A stretch of 21,535 nucleotides of DNA, from positions 1 to 21,535 of the forward strand of contig JAAFKI010000147.1 of the NCBI GenBank assembly GCA_021399345.1, read 5' to 3'. A program made the position numbers and the translations under genes. Shown here piece after piece: positions 1 through 6,570 of the stretch. Source of the stretch: Candidatus Heimdallarchaeota archaeon (lineage in GTDB: Archaea; Asgardarchaeota; Heimdallarchaeia; Heimdallarchaeales; Heimdallarchaeaceae). The notes beneath the pieces were generated by a model. That model searched no databases. It saw nothing but the letters and a program-made list of their open reading frames with translations, and was not told the DNA's origin. Numbering within the stretch: position 1 is the first letter of the stretch; every line of letters starts with the position of its first letter.

Positions 1-1194
1 AAGGAATTCAGAGAAGAGGAATTTCCAGAAATTAATTCGCTTGATCTAACTACTAATTCAATTTTAATAGGAGATGATTTTCAACAAGGTGGATTAGTAT
101 TATCTCAGAAAGTTAGAGGAAGATATCACCTCACACCTATTGTTGCTCTCAAAATTGATTCCATTTCTTCCTCAACATCTTCAATTTTCAGCTCAATATC
201 CAGCATTACTCTACAAAAATTAAGTCTAAAATATCATTGCAGTATTATTGATACTGCCAAATATGAAGTTCTTCTCTTGAAAGGACAACCAAAAAGCTCT
301 AAGCACACTTCATTGTTCATTACCCTTCAGATTCTCGAGGAGACTTTTTTCCAACAGGTTTTTGATACTTTAACGGAGTTTACAAGAGAAAAAAAGATTT
401 CATTCGAGAAACTTGATGAGAGTGTATTGAAAGAGATTTTTCCTCTATATGAAAACGTGCTTTATATTTCACAAAATAGAGAGGAAATACAAAACATTCC
501 AGAATCAGCAGATATGATCGATAGTGAACCAGATGATCAAGATGATCGAGATGAAAGATTTGTGGAATTTCTAGTTAAAGAAAATAATAAAGAATCTGCT
601 GAAGAAATTGTAACTGTTAAAGAACAAAGTAATGTCATCCTTCTAGACAAAGTTGATGAAAAACAATCGATTGGTTCAGAACAGGTGAATCAAGAATCAG
701 ACTCAAATCAAAAAGAAATGATAAAAAATATTCTTTTGGGTGAACTAAATTTTTCCATCGACAGTTTTCTTTCAGCTGCTAGAGGTTATTACAAGAAGGC
801 TATAGAAACAGCTCTAGAAACTAAATATAAGGCAAATACCGAACGTTTCTTGAAAACTGTTCATCTCTATTGCGAAAGAGAAAATATTCCTTTCTATTAT
901 CCATCATATTCTTATCTTCTCAAAATTGTTGAATTTCTAGATATAGAGCTGCCATCATCAACAGAAATTGAGAATTTCGTAGATAGATTATCAGAAGAAT
1001 ATACTTCAATCTCAATAGATGATGAGAACAAACAGAAATTAGGTACTTTTCTAGAGTCGAAATTCAAAGATTCACAAGCTAATTCAAATGAATCGGTCAA
1101 AAATTTAGATGAAGCTGCAGATATTTCTTCAATTCCACAACCACCTGCAGCACGAAATACCAATAAAGAATTACTAATAGATGGAGGAGATTAA
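1..1194 (+). CDS. Hypothetical protein, 5'-truncated by the window; probable paralog of the N- and C-terminal domains of the 3436..6570 protein, with an acidic linker
   Basis: Frame 1 is open from base 1 (KEFREEEFPEINSLDLTTNS...), so the TTG at 277 is internal. TAA at 1192-1194 abuts the next ATG. Segments SQKVRGRYHLTPIVALK and FITLQILEETF align ungapped with SIRKGGKITLYAAFIVK and FQTIEDLVEDF of the 1044-aa protein. Confidence 0.85.
   Translation, partial: KEFREEEFPEINSLDLTTNSILIGDDFQQGGLVLSQKVRGRYHLTPIVALKIDSISSSTSSIFSSISSITLQKLSLKYHCSIIDTAKYEVLLLKGQPKSSKHTSLFITLQILEETFFQQVFDTLTEFTREKKISFEKLDESVLKEIFPLYENVLYISQNREEIQNIPESADMIDSEPDDQDDRDERFVEFLVKENNKESAEEIVTVKEQSNVILLDKVDEKQSIGSEQVNQESDSNQKEMIKNILLGELNFSIDSFLSAARGYYKKAIETALETKYKANTERFLKTVHLYCERENIPFYYPSYSYLLKIVEFLDIELPSSTEIENFVDRLSEEYTSISIDDENKQKLGTFLESKFKDSQANSNESVKNLDEAADISSIPQPPAARNTNKELLIDGGD
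1183..1187 (+). promoter_or_regulatory. Shine-Dalgarno site (GGAGG) for the 1195 ORF
   Basis: GGAGG lies 7 nt before ATG 1195, inside the last codons of the upstream gene (TAA-ATG junction). Confidence 0.7.
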
Positions 1195-1851
1195 ATGTTA
1201 GAAGATATATTCTTACTTGAGATCATAGAGTTTTACTTGAAATTCTGGCTAATTTCTCTCGCAATGAGATGGATGTTATCTTTTCTACCAGGGAGAATTT
1301 TCGATTTAATTCGTTTCATAGGCAACTTAGTTAGATATCCAGTTAAACGGCTATTGTACCTTATCTACGGTGTACAAATTCTTGAAACAGATTTTGAGAA
1401 ATCATTATTCAAAACAGAAGAAGTTGATGATTTTGATTGCAGAATTACTTCAAATGTAATTGCTCCACTTCTCATTTTGACCTATGTTGGTTCATTCATT
1501 CTGTACTGGGCAGATGTATTATATGACACAAAATACACATGGATAAGTATTATACTGTTTATTCTAGGTTTCGCAATTATATTAATGTCAGCACCAGATT
1601 TTCGTGAAGCTGAAGAATTACTTAAAACTAATCTAAAATCAATCTTCAAATGGTTCGCAAAACTAGTCTTTCTCGCACTTCCAACGTATTTCATTTTACA
1701 TTACTTTGTCGGGATTGAAGCTCTAGCTCAAGGAGTATTCTTCATTATACTACTGATTCCAGTATATCACCATAGTAGGAGAAAAGTAGGAGAAAAATGG
1801 GTTAAATCGAAAAAAGCAAAAGTATTAGAGGCTGACCCTTTTGGAGAATAA
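1195..1851 (+). CDS. Multi-pass membrane protein, M50-like/zincin (DUF3267-type) peptidase fold lacking HExxH
   Basis: About 5 hydrophobic segments. GNLVRYPVKRLLYLIYGV matches the spacing of GxxvHExxHxlxxxxxGv. Downstream IAPLL and SAPDFRE match the APl and PSxxD motifs of this family. The family call is from motif memory only. Confidence 0.7.
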   Translation: MLEDIFLLEIIEFYLKFWLISLAMRWMLSFLPGRIFDLIRFIGNLVRYPVKRLLYLIYGVQILETDFEKSLFKTEEVDDFDCRITSNVIAPLLILTYVGSFILYWADVLYDTKYTWISIILFILGFAIILMSAPDFREAEELLKTNLKSIFKWFAKLVFLALPTYFILHYFVGIEALAQGVFFIILLIPVYHHSRRKVGEKWVKSKKAKVLEADPFGE

Positions 1852-2917
1852 ACTTGAACTCAATGAAATTGTAGACGAGCTTTTGAAAGATGTTGAGTCT
1901 ACATTAGGGAAATTAGAGAAAAACTTTAAGCTAAATCAAACAAATGAAGTTCCCACACAAGAACAAGTAGAGATAGAAGAGAAACACAAGTTTCCATATC
2001 CAAGTGTGAGATATCCAACCTCAGATCAGAATTTTAGAAGTAACAAACATTCAACAACTATTAGAAAAACAACGGCAATAGCTGACACCTCTAAGACAGA
2101 AATTGAGAAGATAGAGGAGAAAAACATCAAAACTGATGAAGAGATCGATGCAAAGGATTATGAAAAAATTCCTGTTGCTCAAGACATACCAGCTGTTCCA
2201 AAAGAAAAGATAAGCTCTGTTAAGCAGAGCATCATACAATATTCTGAATCATTGGCAACTGAGGAAAAACCAGATACAACAGAACTTATGTCAGAAGAAG
2301 ATGTATATTTTCTTGATATAAAAAGAGAAATAAGACTAGTGCACATCTATGGACCCCCTGGTTCCTGTAAAACAACTATTGGAATTCAAGCATCTATTGA
2401 AATAGTTCCGAGAAAAACCTATTATTTTATTACTAGTCATGGAACATCAGTACTTAAACGAGTAAAACAGATGATATCTGATGAAAGATGGTCAGATTTT
2501 AAGGGAGTAAAACGAAGTTTTTTCCCAATTGAAATAACAAATTTAGATGAGTTGGAAACCCAACTAGACAAAATTGCAACATTTCATCCAAAAGAGTTAG
2601 GGATGATAGTTATTGATCATGTAACAGATTATTGCAGGGGTCAAATATATCAAGAGGAAAGACGTATGCAATTAAGAAATATTTTAGAGAAACTCTATCT
2701 TATAGCTGATGAGAAAGGATGTAAAGTATTGCTAATCAATGGTTTTTCCTTCAAGGATTCAGCTCCTGCAGAGGATATAATTGAATCATTCTGTGATATG
2801 ACGATTAAAATGAAAATAGAAGATTTTAAATCGAAAATTTTGTTACAAGATGAAGAAATAGAATTATCAATCGATAATTCTGGGATTTCAAATCTTCATC
2901 TGAATATTTACTACTAA
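1841..2917 (+). CDS. RecA-superfamily ATPase, RadB/RAD51-paralog-like, with a ~150-aa charged, low-complexity N-terminal extension
   Basis: Walker A variant HIYGPPGSCKTT (2351-2374), Walker B GMIVIDH, then RMQLRNILEKLYLIADEKGCKVLLIN and IESFCDMTIKM as in RadB/KaiC-type cores. TTG start overlaps the upstream gene by 11 nt, with SD-like GAGGCTGA upstream. Confidence 0.8.
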   Translation: MENKLELNEIVDELLKDVESTLGKLEKNFKLNQTNEVPTQEQVEIEEKHKFPYPSVRYPTSDQNFRSNKHSTTIRKTTAIADTSKTEIEKIEEKNIKTDEEIDAKDYEKIPVAQDIPAVPKEKISSVKQSIIQYSESLATEEKPDTTELMSEEDVYFLDIKREIRLVHIYGPPGSCKTTIGIQASIEIVPRKTYYFITSHGTSVLKRVKQMISDERWSDFKGVKRSFFPIEITNLDELETQLDKIATFHPKELGMIVIDHVTDYCRGQIYQEERRMQLRNILEKLYLIADEKGCKVLLINGFSFKDSAPAEDIIESFCDMTIKMKIEDFKSKILLQDEEIELSIDNSGISNLHLNIYY

Positions 2918-2972
2918 CAATCAATTTTCTTGTCCTTTTAAATGAATTAAAGAATATATTATCAGAAAAGAC

Positions 2973-3467
2973 ATGGGTTTAACTACTGAACAAGATTTAG
3001 TTGATTCCTTAGCTACTAAGTGGTTATCAGAAAAAAAATTCGTTGTCACTGAACTAACTATACCCATTATTCATCAAATTTACTATGATGATTATTTGGA
3101 GGGAAGAGATTACATCAGAATAGATTTAGCAGCTTTTGACCAAGTGACTGGAGAGGTTATTTTTGTTGAAGCTGAAAATGGTTTGTATTTACAGCATCCT
3201 CAGATCTATCTTCCTTTTTGCCATTCTCTTTATATTCTCTGTCCAGAAGACCATTCTTCTTTCCGAGATGAACAAGTAGGTTGGAGTAAAAGTCAAGGTA
3301 TAGGCATTATTGAGAAGAATAAAAATGGAGAATTGATTTTTTCCTTAAATCCTAAATCTAGAAAAATTAATCCAGCGGTTGAAGCTTATGTCAAATCACG
3401 ATTACTGAAAAAATTTGAGAAGGAGATGAAATCAAATGTCATCATTGATATCAAAGAAAAAGCATAA
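2973..3467 (+). CDS. Small PD-(D/E)xK-fold nuclease, MmcB-like
   Basis: N-terminal helix (TEQDL), VVTE, RIDLAAF (D51), IFVEAE (E66-x-E68), QIYLPFCHSLYILCP and GIGII. This is the motif order of MmcB/restriction-endonuclease-like proteins. Confidence 0.7.
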   Translation: MGLTTEQDLVDSLATKWLSEKKFVVTELTIPIIHQIYYDDYLEGRDYIRIDLAAFDQVTGEVIFVEAENGLYLQHPQIYLPFCHSLYILCPEDHSSFRDEQVGWSKSQGIGIIEKNKNGELIFSLNPKSRKINPAVEAYVKSRLLKKFEKEMKSNVIIDIKEKA

Positions 3468-6400
3468 AAAATTCTTAGGCTCAAACAAATCTATATATTC
3501 CATAAGAAAAGGTGGAAAAATTACTCTCTACGCTGCATTCATTGTTAAACCACACAAAGAATCAACTGAAGAAGCCCCAGATAAGAGAAACTATTGGAGA
3601 AAAGACCAAGAATTAAATGAAAAACTTCCTTCTATTCTTTCTGTATTAACTCAAGTTAAAAGATTAAAAACATCCCTTCACCGATTATTTCTTCCAGGGA
3701 ATGTCAAACGCAAAAGTCAATCAATAAACGATGTTAAGAAAACAGCTGATTCTTCTCTTATTGATCAGCTCTTTGAAGAAAAAAACAAAAACATCAATGT
3801 TAAACTATCGTTCTATCTTTTGAAGACATGGAAGCAGTATAATATTTCTGAATCGTTTCAGACAATAGAAGATTTAGTCGAAGATTTTGTCTATCTTTTA
3901 AGAAATGAATTGAAGCAGAAATTAGAAAGTGTTGGGAATGTTGGACGATTATTAGATACCACACTAGAAGAATTGGTCCTTTATGGAACCCTAGATAAAG
4001 CAAATTTTCTAGCTTCTGGAAAAAAATTGTTCAGTGAGTTAACTAAAGATTATTCTGTAATTGAAAGGGATGATCAGTTTCATAAAAGTTTCATACCTGG
4101 TCCAGCTGTTGATAAAAGACCAGAAGTAATGTTTTCATATCCTACAGGAATTGTATCAGATGAATTAGCAATACTTGGAGCAACAGAAAATGATTCTATG
4201 ATTGGATTGCCTGAGAATGCATCATATCCCATTTTAATTGCAGGAGACAAAAAAACAAGAGAAATAATTACCTGTAAGTTATTGGAACAAAATAAGAGAT
4301 TTATTATTCTTGATCCTAGAATGAACCTAGAATTTGAGGATAGACTAACTGTACCATTTGAGAGCTTAAATCTTGGAGAAAACTTCTTTCTAAATGTTCT
4401 AACTCCTTTACTGAATGAGTATGTTCCAGAGAAACTTTCTTCTCAGTATTTAGGCAATTTCATTGATTTAGTTAAGTTGATAAGTGATGTAAGAAATGAT
4501 GGAGCAGTTCTTTTACGAGATCTAATTGACTTTTATGCAAATGATTATCATGAAGAGCAAGATGATATCTTGTTTCCTCATAATGAAACCAATGTTTCTC
4601 TAAATGATCTTTATACTATGCTAACTGTTGAACCTGGAGGTTTAGTAATCACAGATTATCAACTTTCAATAATTAGGTCACTTATTAACGAAATCAGAGA
4701 TCCAAGTATTTCAACAGATACATCTGTAAAAAACAAAAAAGGTTTACAAGAATTGTTCACTTGTAACAGAGTGATAAATTTCAGCTCTCAAGGATACAAA
4801 ATTCAACGTTTGTTCATCTACTCTTTTCTATTACAACTATCAACTTATGATCAAATATCTAAAGATGATGAAGAAATAATTATTTACATTGATGACGCAG
4901 AACTTTTTTTCTCTCGTAATACAGATAAATCTATTCTGGCTCATATAGTCAAGAAATTGGAAAATAGTAGATTCAAGGTAGTTTTATCAACATCATATCC
5001 ATCTCATTTAGCTTCCCAAATATTCGATCTGACTTTTAATCGAATCATAGGGAATTTAAAATCTGCCAGATGTGTGAGGTTAATTTCAGACTCACATGGT
5101 TTTGGAATAAATCAAGTAGATTTCATAAGGAGACTTCCAAAGAACAAATTTATGCTTTTGAGAGAAGATTTAACGGAAAAACCTTTGCTACTTCAAATAC
5201 TCCCAGAAGACATTGAAAGACATGAGAATCAGCCTATTCAAAGAAGAGTGAGAAAAGAAACAGAACAGAGTAGAATATCAGAAGAAGATAGTGAAAAGAT
5301 TCGTCTAAATTATGAGGATTTTGCTCAACTACATCCAATAATGATAGATATTCTTGCAAAACTTTCTTCCAAAGTTAATAGGGGAATCAACACAGAATCT
5401 ATTGTAAATATCTTTCCTAAATGGTCAAAAAATGAGGTAAAAGAAGCTGTCTCAGCTTTAGAGATGTTTGGATATATCTTCTTTGAAACTGTAGATTCCA
5501 AAGGGAGAAAAAATGAATATTGGACTAAAATCACACCTAGAGGAAAGAAGTTTCTGGACAAACTTAAGTTTTCTAAATTAGTTGATTCCAGTAATAAAGA
5601 AGTAGATCCAAGTGATGCAGAAAAAAATGAATTATCTGAGAGGATGGAGGAATTCATTGAATCACCAACTGTTATTCAAAGACAGGATCAAGAAACAGGA
5701 TCAATTATTATCAAGAAACTGAAAGTTATTAGAAAAATTATTCGAGAAACTAGAGATTCAACAGATATCCCCTACAATAAATTAGAAATATTAAATTCAT
5801 TCTTAATTCAAGTTGAACCATTACTTTCTGGAGATTATTCAACAGAAAAAGATAAGCTTCAGAAGTTCTTAGATTCTTTACAAAACCTGCTAGGTGAGGA
5901 TAAATCTATAGAAAGCATGCCACAAAAGATTCTTCAACAAATCTTCCAAAAATCACTATCGATAATTGATGCAATTCAAATTAGAGCCACTTATGGTGAG
6001 GAAACAAGCTCTTCTAAAGATGAGGACTTTATTAATAAAATCATTGAAACTGAATTAGGTTCTGAGAAATGGAAGGATTTTAACAGAGATATCTTTCTTA
6101 CGGAAATCCCAGAACTGTCTTCGATATCAAGAGATAAAGAACAAATACTAGATTTGTTGAAATCTGAGTTTCCAGAAGAGGTTCTGAAAGGACTTGAATT
6201 ATCTTCAAATCTACCCAAAGACGAATTTATTGATACTACAAGAAAAGCACTAGCATCTTTACTACAGATTAAAACATTGTTCTTTCCAAACATGGAATCA
6301 ACTCAGTATTTGGATGAGATAAATTCCTTCTTCAAATCATCTGGGTATCCTGAACCATTTGAAAAATCACAACAGCTGTTATGGGAATATTCTGCTATTA

Positions 6401-6570
6401 ATAAAAGAGAATCACCAAAATCAGCTTACACTCAGAAAAATAGGAGAGAGATAATCGAAAGTATTCAAGAAGAGACTAATGCCTTCGATTTCGATACAAA
6501 CGTGAAGAACAAGAATAATCTTGTTAGTCAACTAGTCGAAAACATCAGGAAAAGGATAAACAATGCTTAG
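3436..6570 (+). CDS. HerA/VirB4/FtsK-like P-loop protein with degenerate Walker A, C-terminal winged helix and helical tail
   Basis: PILIAGDKKTRE at the Walker A position, FIILDP, FFLNVL, VINFS, Walker B IIIYIDDAELFF, VVLSTSYPSHL, NRIIGNL and IRRLPKNKFML follow the HerA/VirB4 motif order. wHTH-like segment at ~5341-5565 ends KITPRGKKFL. Overlaps the upstream gene by 32 nt with SD-like GGAGATGA. Confidence 0.75.
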   Translation: MSSLISKKKHKKFLGSNKSIYSIRKGGKITLYAAFIVKPHKESTEEAPDKRNYWRKDQELNEKLPSILSVLTQVKRLKTSLHRLFLPGNVKRKSQSINDVKKTADSSLIDQLFEEKNKNINVKLSFYLLKTWKQYNISESFQTIEDLVEDFVYLLRNELKQKLESVGNVGRLLDTTLEELVLYGTLDKANFLASGKKLFSELTKDYSVIERDDQFHKSFIPGPAVDKRPEVMFSYPTGIVSDELAILGATENDSMIGLPENASYPILIAGDKKTREIITCKLLEQNKRFIILDPRMNLEFEDRLTVPFESLNLGENFFLNVLTPLLNEYVPEKLSSQYLGNFIDLVKLISDVRNDGAVLLRDLIDFYANDYHEEQDDILFPHNETNVSLNDLYTMLTVEPGGLVITDYQLSIIRSLINEIRDPSISTDTSVKNKKGLQELFTCNRVINFSSQGYKIQRLFIYSFLLQLSTYDQISKDDEEIIIYIDDAELFFSRNTDKSILAHIVKKLENSRFKVVLSTSYPSHLASQIFDLTFNRIIGNLKSARCVRLISDSHGFGINQVDFIRRLPKNKFMLLREDLTEKPLLLQILPEDIERHENQPIQRRVRKETEQSRISEEDSEKIRLNYEDFAQLHPIMIDILAKLSSKVNRGINTESIVNIFPKWSKNEVKEAVSALEMFGYIFFETVDSKGRKNEYWTKITPRGKKFLDKLKFSKLVDSSNKEVDPSDAEKNELSERMEEFIESPTVIQRQDQETGSIIIKKLKVIRKIIRETRDSTDIPYNKLEILNSFLIQVEPLLSGDYSTEKDKLQKFLDSLQNLLGEDKSIESMPQKILQQIFQKSLSIIDAIQIRATYGEETSSSKDEDFINKIIETELGSEKWKDFNRDIFLTEIPELSSISRDKEQILDLLKSEFPEEVLKGLELSSNLPKDEFIDTTRKALASLLQIKTLFFPNMESTQYLDEINSFFKSSGYPEPFEKSQQLLWEYSAINKRESPKSAYTQKNRREIIESIQEETNAFDFDTNVKNKNNLVSQLVENIRKRINNA

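Noticed and set aside
277-1194. TTG 277 as the start of the first gene
   Set aside because: The frame is open back to base 1, and the upstream part carries similarity to the 1044-aa protein, so the true start lies before the window.
2936-2943. Internal TATA box (TTTTAAAT) before the nuclease gene
   Set aside because: The spacing is slightly long for a leaderless start, and it cannot be distinguished from AT-rich background.
912-6293. Short minus-strand ORFs (912-1163, 1482-1694, 2051-2239, 3800-4003, 5325-5657, 5991-6293)
   Set aside because: They are antisense shadows inside long motif-bearing genes, with no recognisable features.
2973-6570. Canonical herA-nurA resection module
   Set aside because: The nuclease is PD-(D/E)xK-like rather than NurA (RNase H-like fold), the ATPase lacks Walker A, and no mre11/rad50 is present in the window.
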